DNA from: Eledone cirrhosa
Lineage: Eukaryota
DNA: 64,000 nt
Assembly (NCBI GenBank): GCA_964016885.1
Contig: OZ024743.1
Span: 71,362,001 to 71,426,000, forward strand
Reading direction: 5' to 3'
The translations under genes were made by a program, and so were the position numbers. Positions 21,380-33,690 of this stretch are shown here, piece after piece. Each line of letters opens with the position of its first letter. The first letter of the stretch is position 1. A model generated the notes under the pieces. That model was not told the origin of the DNA and searched no databases. It saw only the letters and a list, made by a program, of their open reading frames with translations.

Positions 21380-24300
21380 TTACAGGACCTCTTTGTAGAC
21401 TATGTTGCGGGTCATACCGTTGGGTGTGTATGAAAAAAGGGAGTCCTTACTCCCAACTCGCGAGCAGGCAACATAAAGTTGGCCATGAGCAAAGCAGGGC
21501 TCTTTTAGATGAATGCCCGCCACGGACAAAGTTTGACCCTGAGATTTGTTTATGGTGATCGCGAAGCAGGGCCTTACGGGAAACTGATGTCGCCTAAAAC
21601 CTATCGGGATGTCCGTGGTCGAAGGTTGGATGCTTAGCCTTGGGATCATGACGGTCTCACCTTTACCACAACCAGTTAAAATGGTTGCTTCAATGAGATG
21701 GTTCGTCATTGATTTGACTACCATTCGAGTGCCGTTGCACTGTTTTGGGGGGCGCATGTTACGCATAAGCATAATCGGACTGCCGACCTTGAGCTTCAAG
21801 ATGTGGGGTGGGAGACCTGGGGGGTCAAGGCTATTCAAAAACTCTACTGGGTAATCCGTCGCCTCCTGTGGATCGGTGACGCGGTCTATAGACATTAAAA
21901 TTTTCTCTTGGGCTGGAATCTTGCCGAGTAGCTCTTCGTTGAGAGCATTAACAGCAGAGTTTTTGGGGGCTAGGATGACTCTTTAACTAAGCCAATCTAA
22001 GTTAGTGTAGTTAACCTGTAGGTTTGGAAAAACAGCTTCTAAACGGGCCTGAGGACTGTCAACTGTATTACTGACAGATGCCAGCGACACCTCACCCTTT
22101 TCGTTGGAAGGAAATCGGCCTTCCCCTATAGCTAGGATGGCCTGGCCGAATTCTGCAGACGTGCTGTCCCCGAGCAACTGCGCCCGCATGTTAACGCTCA
22201 GGCGGGGTATCCGAACGATAGGCCAAAGCGTCGACGACTTGAGGCATGCGCGGACTTCATCAGCCCTTGTCCCTTTGGGGATAACAGGCAGCGTTTGCCT
22301 GAAGTCACCCGAAAGCAGTAAAGTCACGCCACCCAAGGGTGCCGAGGAGTTCCTGATATCTTTTAAACTCCTATCTAATGCCTCCAGAGCACCCTTATGT
22401 GCCATGGTGCATTCGTCCCACACAATGAGGCAACATTTTGCGAGAAGTGCCGCTTTGTCGGAGTGCTTGATAATGTTGCACGTCGGCGTATCAGTTCGTG
22501 CGAGGTCCAGCGGAAGCTTAAAGGCAGCATCAGCCGTCTTCCCTCCAGGCAGCAAGGTAGCGGCGATCCCCGATGAGGCGACCGCAAGGGCAAAGTTTTG
22601 TTGTTGTCGAAATGAGGGAGGTAACGTATGTTTTGCCTGTACCACCAGAGGCATCAAGAAAGAAGACACAACCTAATCCACCCAGTGCACTGTCAACGAC
22701 AGTCTCATAAGCAACCCTTTGCTCGGGAAGAAGCTTACGTTCATTTTCATCTAGGAAAGTTGTCAACATGGCGACATCGTAAGATGTCTCCAACAGAATA
22801 TCTGGACCCAGCACACTAACATTTTCCCTGCTGGCGGCTGGCAAGCCGTATGTTGGCAAGTCATTCCCCCCTAGTTGAAGGAGCTCTTCTTGGATGGAAA
22901 TTAGCCCTTGGTTGTAAATGATTTCGGTGAACCCCACTTCTAAAGATGGATTTTGCCGTTTGGCTGTGCGGAGGAAGTCCTCGCACAAATCGTCCCTGTA
23001 CTTCAGCCAAAGGGCTGAAGGGTTAGCTAAGCCATAATTGTGCAGCAAAAAGGCAAACAGTTCCCTTAATTTCTGTGGGGATTTCAGCAGAGCACCATCG
23101 CCGAGGGTCGAGTCCCATTGGGAGTCATCTTCCAAGAGACCAAGCCTAAAGCAGGCTTCTCGAAAAGTGTTGCAAAGTTCCCCGTTTACTGTTTTTAAGT
23201 CAAAGAAACCTTGCGGCCCCTTGACCTCGTGCAGAAGAATGCACAGGTGAAAGCACACAGGTTGGGTTAGGGGAACCGTGTAGACTCTACCGAGGCAGTC
23301 AGAAAATTTAACTCCCGGATGCGATTCAACTGCCTTACCAGTTTTTCGCCGTACCCAGCTATTGGGGCGCTAAGTGAAGTAGGACGGCACCTGAGGGTAA
23401 ATTAGAGTTCTCGCAAAAGCGTCTACGTGACAGAGCTTAAAGAAAGCGGTTAACGTGGTTTCTTTGGGGTTAGCCGCAACTTGAGCAGCATTTGCGGCCG
23501 TAAAGTAAACCCGCTGTCCGTTCTCTAAGTAGACCGCCAGGTTTGTGATTTTGGGGTACCTTTCATGGATAGAAAAACCAAAAATTCGCCAAAACGCTTC
23601 GTTTGTACTTATGTACCGGGCCGATAGGTACTCACTGACCTCGTCCCGGTCGGACTGGAGGGCGAATGCGGCGGAATCGCAGCCCTTGTTGACGTACTTG
23701 CAAACATATTTAATCGATTTAACTGAGCTACAGAATTCCACATTAATGTGGGCTTGGAACGTCGAAGTGAGAAGTGGACAATAGGGGACCACCCATCGAT
23801 TGTCGACTTGCTTGCCTCTTACAATGGCAGTAAAACAACCGTCTTCAGGCGACCGGCGCCTGTACAGGGGATAGCCGTTGTGCCCTGTCTAGGTCTCTGA
23901 AACAAATTTCCTAGGGTACCTCTTACTACATATCCCGTCTTTCTGACACGAATGGTTAGAACCCGGATAACAGGGTCCGTGTATCATGGAAGTCGTGACG
24001 ACGTCGAAGAGTTCTTTGTCGGTGGCAGGGTTGGGGATCTCTGCGCAGATAAATTTGTCGATGTCGTTGGAGTTGATCTTGTTCTGCAGCCACAGTAACA
24101 GATGAATGTGAGGCAGGCCCCGTTTCTGCCATTCTACGGTGTACGTATGGCATCTAGCAGGGCCGAAGATGTTGGCTTTTGCACAACATGCCTTCATTTT
24201 CTGTATGTTCCTCTCGAAAGCACTCGCTATGAGGTCAAGGCGGTGGTGGTATGACTGCCCTGGAAGGAGTTCTCGGGTGATCTCATCCGCCTTCGGGTTG

Positions 24301-26193
24301 CACGTGAAGGTGATGAAGAGGTCAGGACGGCCGTAGGCCCGCACGTAGGTCATGGCGTCCTGAGTCCTCTCGTGCATGTACCGAGGTCCTCCAGTGAAGG
24401 TAGAAGGCAGGATGCAGACCTTGCGAATGTTTCGGGGATCCCCGTCGTTGGTCAAGCCGTCTCGCAGGTGTATGTAGCTTTCGCTACGCAGTTGCTGCTG
24501 GTGGGTTCGAATGAAGGCCAGTCGTTCTGACTCCATCTTTGCTGCCATATCCACCGCAAATTGGTTCAGTAGGTACTGCGATCTGTGCAAACAGTTGAAA
24601 CAGTTTCTCCGAGGCATGAGTCGGTATGCGTAAAATTCCTCGCAGGACACGGTTTTGGCGGCAGCAACGGAGGGCTGGTTTGGCTAGCAGTGTGGAGTCT
24701 TGAAGTGGTAGCCGTCCTCGCCGCGGAGGAAAAGTAGAGGGTATTGGAGGCTGTCGTAGGATCGGTGTGTTTCGCGTATTCTGTGGAGGCCAGTTGCACG
24801 GTTGGATATGACGATATCCCGGGGGTTGTGCTGGTCTCCGTGACGGACGACTGCCACCTCGTTGCACGCGGGCGCGTTGAATCGACGGGCGTGTTCTCCG
24901 GATGGTCTTTTGTCGGCATCGATGACAATGTTGAAGTTAGGCAGGTCAGTAGTCTCCAAGGTGTACTTGAAGCTCTGCACGTAGCTGTTTTCGGAGTGTA
25001 GCATTTGCTGCAGCGCAAGGAGAACGTCTCTGTCCAGGTTCTCTCTAGTGCCATCAGCTGGGATGAGAGATGAGCGCATGTCAGCCTGCTTGTTGTAGTC
25101 AGCTATGAAGTAAATTTGCAGGAAGGCGGGTTGCGCTGACGGCGCAGGCTGTAGAGGACCGACATAGTGGTAAACCTGGCCCTGAACCTTAAAGGTTGGC
25201 ATCCATCCGCTTTCTCGGACAATTTTGGCCCCGAACGAAGTCATCTGAAAGGCGCAGTTGTATTTCCTTATGTTGCCAAGGAAGTCTGTTGACGTAGAGG
25301 TCTCTCCGCTAAGAAGTTCTCGTAAAGGTTCTGGAGGGGCCGCCAAAGGAGGAAGTGAAATTTTCCCATTAGAGCAGCACAGGCCAGGTGGTTCTCCGGG
25401 TCACTTCTCTGCACCACAGAATTGGCATATGACATCCATCCTGCCTGGTTGAATGTCCGTACGGTCGGAGTATTTTACTGTTGGATCGTAGTTCAAAGCC
25501 TTCATAAGCCAAAATGACTCATGTGGACTCGTTGTTCCTCTGGCGGTGTCTCTTCGTGCGTTGTTTGTGTACAACCGAGCACGGCGGGCTGTTTGATGTT
25601 CTGCGGCACGGGAGGCGGCGGTGGATACAGCATTCTGGGACCTTCGGATGGCTGTCTGTATCTCGGTCTGGGATGCTCTGGCAGCTGCGGTGGAGGCGGA
25701 GTCCTTAGACCTTCGGATGGCTGTCTGTATCTCGGTCTGGGATGCTCTGGCAGCTGCCTTGGAGGCGGAGTCCTTGGACCTTCGGATGGCTGTCTCCTGG
25801 TCGGTTTCTGCGGCACGGGAAGCGGCGGTTAAAGCAGCGTTCTTTGACCGTCTGGTGGCTGTTTGCTGTTTAGTTTCGGAGGCCCTTGCAGCAGCAGTAG
25901 TTGCAGCATTCCTAGCCCTACGAAGAGCTCTTTGGCTGTCACTCTCTGCTGCCCTAGAGGCGGCTGTTGCAACTGCATTCCGACAATTACGAATGGCACG
26001 ATTCGAAGCGGTAACCGTAGATAGAGAGGCGCTGGGTTGGGCTAGGAGTACTTAAGTTTGAAAGCGAAGTAACAGGGGTTTGTGGCCAAAAATGCAGTCC
26101 GGCATCCGTAGACTGCTAATTCAATCGCCTCTTTTTTGAAACAACAGACGATGTTTTCCTACGGCTAAGGGTACTCTTTCTTTTCAGTGGCAT
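21380..26193 (-). pseudogene. Helitron RepHel (HUH Rep + PIF1-family helicase) with several frameshifts and stops
   Basis: Start MPLKRKSTLSRR; CQFC..CC zinc finger; Rep motifs FITFTCNP, EWQKRGLPHIHLL, KYVCKYVNKG; helicase motifs GGTGKT, WDEC, GDFRQTLPV, AITINKSQGQT, HGQLYVACSRV. Confidence 0.95.
25555..25990 (-). repeat. 69-bp coding repeat (23-aa STPR-like units) at the RepHel N-terminus
   Basis: Units such as RASQTEIQTAIRRSKDSASTAAA, 5-6 copies; nucleotide period 69 (25638, 25707, 25776). Confidence 0.8.
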
Positions 26194-27359
26194 GGTTGCA
26201 ATAGTACAGTAAACAGTAAAGGGGAAGCAGGTTTAGAGCAAAGGCAAAAAAGCGAAGGTGATAAGCAGTATTTTGGGGAAGGTAAAAAAAAGTGACAAAT
26301 TGTTACAATTTTAAGCAAGAAAAAAGTAAACAAAAAACGTACTGGGAATGGCAAAGTCCGAAAGCGAGGTCACAAAATGTAATGCAGTGAGAGTGAAGCA
26401 CACGTCTACACAGTAGCCTAACCAAGTGGCAAGTGTAGCGTTTGAAAACCAAAGCTTTGCAGGCCACTCAAATCAACGATAAGAGTCTGCAGAATTTTTT
26501 GATAGCAGTCTTGCCAAAACAGAATAAAAGCTGCCACCTCCAGCCGTCCAGGAAATTTTTTTTTGATTCAAGGCGAAAATTTGTCCACTTCTCGACCAAA
26601 AGAAAGCAAAAACTGACTCAACTGGTGCCAGGTGGTCAGAACTGGCAGGAACTGGTTTGTGTCACGTGAAGCTGTAACTATAGCAACAGTGGTTCCCTCG
26701 ATCTCAAAGACCAAAGTAAATGGAGAGGGGAAGGTAATGTTACTGTAACACCAACAACGTCTCTTTCTATATTCCTCGCTCAATAAAGAAGGGGAGGGGG
26801 AAGGTAATGTTACTACAGCAACAGTGGTTCGCTCACTGACCAAAGTGGAGAGGGGAATGTAAGATTTCTGTGACACCCAAAACTTCTCTCTCTATCTTCC
26901 TCTCTCTCTCTCTAAAGAAGGGGGAAGGGGAAGGTAATGTTACTATAAGACCTGTTATTCCTGTCTCTCTATATACGAAGTGGAGATTCGACCTCGAGCT
27001 TCACTCTCGACCGAATTTCGAAATGATTCGAGCACGTCAACAAGATTTAGACTCTTTTCTACCCATATTAGCAAAAAATCGGGTCAAAAAACTCAAAAGG
27101 AAACATTTTTCACGCGTGCATAAAATGCAACCTCATCTCCCGATTTCACCCAAAATAGACAAAAAGGTGGATTGCAGGCTCCTGGGGGGACCTATCAAAA
27201 AACAAAGTAGCTTAAGCAATGTAAAGGGTCATGAGGAGTGATGTATGCAAATTTGAGCGAGATCGGGCGAGCGGTGTAGACGCCAACCTCGAATAATGTA
27301 GCATCCACACACACACAGACAAACACACATCCTCTGTTTTATATATATAGATGCACATT

Positions 27360-27705
27360 TAATTATAATTTTGGGGATATAGTCACTGCCTCCGTCTCTC
27401 TCGCTCTCCTCATCTCTCACTATTACAAGCGAATGGGCACCCACGCGCTGGCCACCCCTCAGTCTCTGCGGACAGAATAGAGAAGGCGTTTCTCCGGAGG
27501 ATGGTGAAGGCTATTGTGAGCTTCGCGAGCTGGAATTGCTCGTTCAAAGCGTCTCTCTCACCACCCTCCGGGGAAATGACGTCCCTATTCTGTCTACCGG
27601 GGCGCGGGGCGGCCAGTGCGTGGTCTGCCATTCGTCTATAATAGTGAGAGACGGGGAGAGCGAAAGAGACGGAGGTAGTGACTATACACCCATCATTATA
27701 ATTAT
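27360..27705. mobile_element. Diverged fold-back/MITE-like element (~345 bp); one arm homologous to 62870-63030
   Basis: atagtcactgcctccgtctctctcgctctcc..tctctcactatta mirrored by taatagtgagagacggggagagcgaaagagacggaggtagtgactat; inner arms are also complementary. Confidence 0.7.
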
Positions 27706-27724
27706 ATGTATATATATCGACAGT

Positions 27725-27939
27725 CGATCGACTTTCGTCAAATCGGACCGAGGAAACAATGTTTCCGTTGGTCTTTCCAATTGCTAGTACTCGCTATCGG
27801 TCGCAACTCCAGGTAGAAGGAGCAACGTGAAATAAAGTGTCTTGCTCAAGGACATAACGCATCGCCCGGTCCCGGAATCGAACTCACAACCTCACGATTA
27901 GGAATCTAATTCTCTAACCACTCGGCCACACGCCTTCAC
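27725..27939 (-). mobile_element. SINE family B
   Basis: Reverse complement of 36320-36535. Confidence 0.88.
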
Positions 27940-27953
27940 AAATATATATATAT

Positions 27954-28074
27954 ATAGGAACAAGTATGACCCCGACGGCAGAGCTCAAGCCGTTTCGACG
28001 GCTAATTCTGGACAGTCCAGAATTAGCCGTCGAAACGGCTTGAGCTCTGCCGTCGGGGTCGTACTTGTTCCTAT
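27954..28074. repeat. 121-bp near-perfect palindrome (1-nt loop)
   Basis: ataggaacaagtatgaccccgacggcagagctc...ctggac A gtccag...gtacttgttcctat; one mismatch. Confidence 0.92.
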
Positions 28075-28165
28075 TACCCACTCTACTACCCTAAGTATTG
28101 AGTACTTTGGTGCGTTATGGTCCATCTGGTTCCTTATCACATTTCCTTCGTTATATATATATATA

Positions 28166-28358
28166 TATATATCAACTAGAAATTGATTGACATATATATC
28201 TATCTAAAATAAACACATGAAATAATAACAGGGGATAATTTGTAAAGTGTGTAAGCACACACAGCTAGGTAAGTACACACTTTACAAATTATCCCCTGTG
28301 ATTGTGTCATGTGTTTATTTTAGATATATATATATGTCAATCAATTTCTAGTTGATAT
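28166..28358. repeat. Fold-back with ~87-bp imperfect arms
   Basis: tatatcaactagaaattgattgac...aaagtgtgta mirrored by tacacacttt...gtcaatcaatttctagttgatata. Confidence 0.85.
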
Positions 28359-28544
28359 AAAATGCTCGGATCTATTCATTGGAATCTTTGAGCTTATTCT
28401 ACGGTGGATATGGCGCATGTCTCGGACATGACACCCTTAATTTAATTTTGGATATATATATATAAGTTTATCCCGGGTTCAATCGGGAGTAACAACAGTA
28501 GGTAAGGTACTCAATACATAGAAGAGTATAAATATTTAATATAG

Positions 28545-28644
28545 AAATGACTTCTACAGGACTAGAACTGTTTCATTCGGGAGAAATCATCAGGAAGACC
28601 TGATGTTTTCTCCCGAATGAAACAGTTCTAGTCCTGTAGAAGCC

Positions 28645-28648
<4 letters not shown>
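28545..28648. repeat. Fold-back turning at a hammerhead core
   Basis: Minus arm reads CTGATGA TTTC TCCC GAAT GAAA CAGTTCTAGTC; the turn lies 4-5 nt from the core; family fragments at 5870-5903, 10148-10300 and 59078-59110. Confidence 0.75.
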
Positions 28649-28692
<44 letters not shown>

Positions 28693-28769
28693 TTACACAT
28701 TGCTGTGGTCAGTTGAAGGTAAAAGTAAATAACCCCTCCTATGTAATCTAAGTTTAAAAGTCTAAAGCT

Positions 28770-29012
28770 CATTAGACCGGTGCTTATATCGATTTCATGG
28801 CGTGAAGTGATTTAGAGAACAAGTCTCCCCCTGGACAGGACACCAGTCCATCATAGGGTTAAAGCACCAGCTACTGTCGGTACTCATTTCCAGTCGAGTA
28901 TACTGGAACAACGTGAAATGAAGTGTTTTGCTCAATACACAACACAGTCCGGGAATCGATCCCACGACATTATGATCGTACGTCAACACCCTTACCATTA
29001 GGCCACGCGCCT
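28770..29012 (-). mobile_element. tRNA-derived SINE family C
   Basis: aatgaagtgttttgctcaa core and B-box; homologues at 31745-31990, 46765-47108, 47440-47590 and 51740-51972. Confidence 0.8.
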
Positions 29013-29345
29013 CTAATCTCCTAAGTAACAGATTATTGAAATTTGGAATGTCGAATGTTAGTTTATACGAAGTGTTCCAGTTGTTCAACTACTCTTGGGG
29101 CCCAAATAATGAGGAGGGGGGGGGGGGCTGGAATAAGTGGGGAGTCTGGTGGTAGGTGGCATAAGCTGTAGTGTTGGAATAAATGGGGGATTAGAATAAT
29201 CGGGGAGGGAGGGGGATCGGTAATTTTTATAGGTTGTCTCCGTTGATTAAAAAAAAACACAGAATTAGTCGTTTAGTTTACATATTGAGACTCCAATCTA
29301 TCCGATTTCTAGTAATGTACTTTTTTGTCATGTATTTTTTTTAGA

Positions 29346-29555
29346 CGATCGACTTTCGTCAAATCGGACCGAGGGAATGATGTTTCCGTTGGTCTTTCCA
29401 ATTGCTAATACTATCTATCGGTCGCAACTCCAGGTAGAAGGAGCAACGTGAAATAAAGTGTCTTGCTCAAGTACATAACGCATCGCCTGGTCCAGAAATC
29501 GAACTCACAACCTTACGATTGCGAATCCAATTCTCTAACCACTCAGCCACACGCC
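29346..29555 (-). mobile_element. SINE family B
   Basis: Reverse complement of 36320-36535. Confidence 0.88.
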
Positions 29556-31744
29556 ATGCTTTTAATGTATAGAGAAAATTAATTGTTGGGGGAGTGCTAC
29601 CACTTAGAATAACATTTTGCCGGAGATAGATTAAAAAAAATTAATATGCAGGAGAGGTTGGAATAAAGACGGGGGGGGGGGGGGGGGGGAAATCTGAAAA
29701 GTTAATGAGGGGGGCATTATTCGAGTAACGAAATAATCTGCTCCTGAAATGAACGTTAATCCTGTATGTCATCTGTACATATATGCTGAACTTTTATGTA
29801 ATTATATTCAAGAAATATATTAAGACATGTTTATCTTTAATCGCTTCTACATGATAGTAATCAACATAAACTATAGGGTTTCTCTTACGCAAAACATTAA
29901 TCTATCAATACAAAAATTTCTGTTTGCATGATTGTTCATATATCCAATAACCCTGGTATATGAATCCTGGACTCTAAAAATTAAACACATTATATATATA
30001 TACTAAGAACAAAACGAGGTTTCACATTAAGGTCATTATTGATTATGCATAGTTACGTCCGTTTTACAGATAGGTCGCTCATGATCCGTGTAAATGTTAT
30101 ACCCCCGACTACACCCCAAAATACTCATCAGATTAATTAATCAAGCAAAATCAAGAATTTCTATATATATATATCTAGAATAAATATATATAAGAAAGAG
30201 AGAGATTCTAGATTTTGCTTATTATGTGACTAACTTGTGGTTACTAGCGGCGACGCTAGTCGATGTACTCGATGCTGTTGCGGGGTCCGTCTCTCTTTGG
30301 GTTGTGCTCCAGGTTTAAGGTGGCTGTAGTTTGTTGAGTGTATATATACAGAGTGACAATAAGAATTGCAGCTTTTTGTGAAATTTTATTGCATATTACA
30401 ATTCTTTGTATATTGATCATCACGGGTTTGATCAGGTGATCGGATCCCGAGTTTTAATCGACACTTCTTGAGATATTCGAGTTTACAACAAGGCTCCATC
30501 TAAACTCCTTGGATGGGATTAACCTTAGCGGGATTTGAACTCAGAATGTAAAGGGCCGTAACTCTATGTCACAAAGCATGTTATCCGACAGTCAATCGAT
30601 ACTGCCAATCCATCACCCTATTACGTATCTAAATAATAAGAAATGGCTTTATTTGTCCATCGAAATATTTTGGTTCATTATATAAAAGTCTCTCTCCGTC
30701 TCCCCCTCTCTCTAGACTTTGACATTTAGTTCAACAAATATTTATCCAATATAAACAAAATTCTAGGAAATTATTCCCAAACACTCCCAAACTCCGCCCT
30801 CATAAATATAAACTTATAAAACATACATAAAAAAAATATATATATAATAAAAAAAAAATACGTCGTAGCTGAAAAGGACTTAAAATAAAACATTGACAAG
30901 TTCACTGGTGCATGAAAGACCTCTGTGAAACTACAATAACTTGATGAAATGTCGGACGGGGTTGATTACTAAATACTGAAACCAAATGAACTGAAAAGAA
31001 CTTTGTGCCAACAATAGATTATCTATTATGCTTATGAAAATGTAATTATGTGGTTCTGTGTTCTTTGTATTTCTAGTTTGGTTTTTTATAGCTTCATTTA
31101 TTTAATTTTCTTTTCTATCTTTCTTTCTCTGGCTTTAATTTATCATTGGTTATTTAGTTGTTTTGTTAATTTTAAATAAAGCTAAATACCGTATTTAACT
31201 AAAGTTAGTTTAGCGTATAATAGCGGAACTCTGCTATTCACAGAGCTAACATGAAGCTCCAAAATAAGTTACTGAGTTTCAGTTCATAATTCTTTTCATG
31301 AAAACAGCAGTAAAGCTTTTCCTGGAACGTTTCTTTGTTGCATCATTGTTCTGTAAGAGGAGGCAGTCTACCTTTGTTGTACACATATTGTTGACCGAAA
31401 CTATACAATGGAGATTTCATTTCAACAGTCTAACAAATATATCATTTCACTATAATCATTTCTCTACACTCTGATAGTCTTGTAAATACTGTAGGTTGCT
31501 GTTGCTGTTGCTGTTGTTGTTGTTTAGCGCCATGGTATTCCCGATCTAGTAAACATAAACCACTACAACTATCACAATAACCTTTATTTGCGTCTGTATA
31601 GGGAACACATGTCTACATTATCCAACATGTCATTTTATATGATGGCAGGCAATTTAGGCTACTATTTCTAGTATACGACCAACGGTGTAGAGGCTCCTTT
31701 GTAGGCTCATTTTTCAGTGGGTTAGATGAATGTTTCAAACCTTG

Positions 31745-33690
31745 AGGCTCATCAGGCTAGCGTTTATCTAAGATTCCTTGAATACAAGGCTTCCTTCCCC
31801 TGGACCGGACACCAGTCCGTCGTATATTTAACTCCCCAGTTACTGTTGGTACCCATTTTCAGCTGTGTATACTGGAGCAACGTGAAATGAAGTGTTTTGC
31901 TCAAGAACTCAACACATCGCCCTGATCAGGAATCAAGCTCACGACATTATGATTGTAAGTCCAACGCCCTTAACACTAGGCCATACACCTTCTCTAGGTA
32001 AAGTCATAGCAAATTAGATCATTCATGTTATTTTACTGATTATGTCAACATCAGGACCCTAATAGTGTACATAATGTAACAATATCGTGTAATGGTGTAT
32101 ATAATTTAACATATGCCACAAAATATTTGTTTCTACTTTTGACACAAGGTCAGCATTTTTTTGGGGGAAGGAGAAAAGTCGATTAAATTGACCCCAATGC
32201 ATTACCGGTACTTTCTTTTATCGAACCTGAAAGGATGAAAGGCAAAGCTAACCTCGATGGGATTTGAACTCAGAACGTGAAGGGACGCAACTACATGCTT
32301 CAAAGCAGGTTGTCCGACGCTCAACCGAAACTGCCGATCTACCACTCTCATATGCCACAAAATAATAATAATTGTTTCTACTTTTTGCCCAAGGCCAGCA
32401 ATTATCTCAGTGTATTACTGATACTTTATTTTATCGACCGCGTAAGGATGAAAGGCAAAATTAACCTCGGCGGGATTTGAACTCAGAACGTAAAGGGCCG
32501 TAATTCTATGCTGCAAAGCATCGCGCCCGACCCTCTACCGATACTGCCAATCCACCACAAAATACTACTAATAATAAAGGTTTTTTTTATATAGGCACAA
32601 GACCAGCAATTTTTGGGGAGGAGAAAGTCGATTAAATCGACCCCAGTGCATTACTGGTACTTTATTTTATCGAGCCCGTATCTGAAATCAGAACGTAAAG
32701 GGATATACCTATATGCTGTGAATCATTTTATCTGACGCTCTACTGATTACGCCAAGCCAACGTCCTTATCTAATGTAACGATGTTTTTAATATAGAAATA
32801 ACTTTTGTATCAACACTGACAATGTAAACCTTTTTATATTTGACTTATTTTTTTACAATCTACATAAGTTGTTAAAACCGAAAAATAGAACATCACCACT
32901 CCATAGAATGGTAACAGTAGTGTGAATGTGATGGCATTGTTGGTAATATAAAACATGAAGAAGGGTGATGGATTGGCAGTATCGGTGGATTGGCAACATG
33001 CTTTATGGCACAGAGTTACCAGCCCTTTACGATCTGAGTTCAAATTCTACCGAGGTTAGCTTTGCGTTTCACCCTTAAAAGCTCGAAAAAAAAGTACCAG
33101 TAGTGCACTTTCCGTTTACCCAAAATTGTTGGTCTTATGCCAAAATCAGAAACCATGAAGAGGTCGGTGGATTGGCAGAGTCGTCAGAGGTTTCGACAAA
33201 ATGCTTTGCAGTATCTGCCGAGGTTAGCTTCGCTTTTCATTCTTATGAGGTCGATTAAATAAAGTACCAGTCTCGCACTGGGGTCGATTTAATCGACTTT
33301 CCCCTCCCCCCAAATTGCTGGCCTTGTGCCTATAGTAGAAACCATTCTTATGGGGTCGATTAAATAAAGTACCAGTTATGCACTGGAATCGATTTAGTCG
33401 ATTGCCCTCTCCCCTTTAAATTGCTGACCTTGTGTCAAAAGTAGAAACAATTACTGTTGTTTGTATAACCGACAGGGAGGTGTGTTGGTAATATCAGTAG
33501 AGCGTCGAGTAAAATGCATATAAGCGTTTAGTTACGGCCCTTTACGTCCTAAGTTCAAAACCTACCGAGGTCAATTTTGCCTTTCATTCTTACGGCTCAA
33601 TAAAATTAAGTTTCATTTAACAACTGTGGTCGGTATAATCGACATTCCTCTTCCCCAAAAATTGCTGTCCTTGTGCCAATAGTAGAAATA
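31745..33690. mobile_element. SINE cluster: one family C (-), three family A (-), then about four family A (+)
   Basis: Family A copies at about 32125-32345, 32370-32557, 32580-32760 (-) and 32962-33155, 33160-33345, 33345-33450, 33475-33690 (+). Confidence 0.85.

Larger units (their letters stand above)
21340..27351 (-). mobile_element. Helitron (decayed autonomous copy)
   Basis: 5' end A|TCTATATATATAAAACAGAGG at 27351; contains RepHel; the 3' end is either 20466 or lost. Confidence 0.9.
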
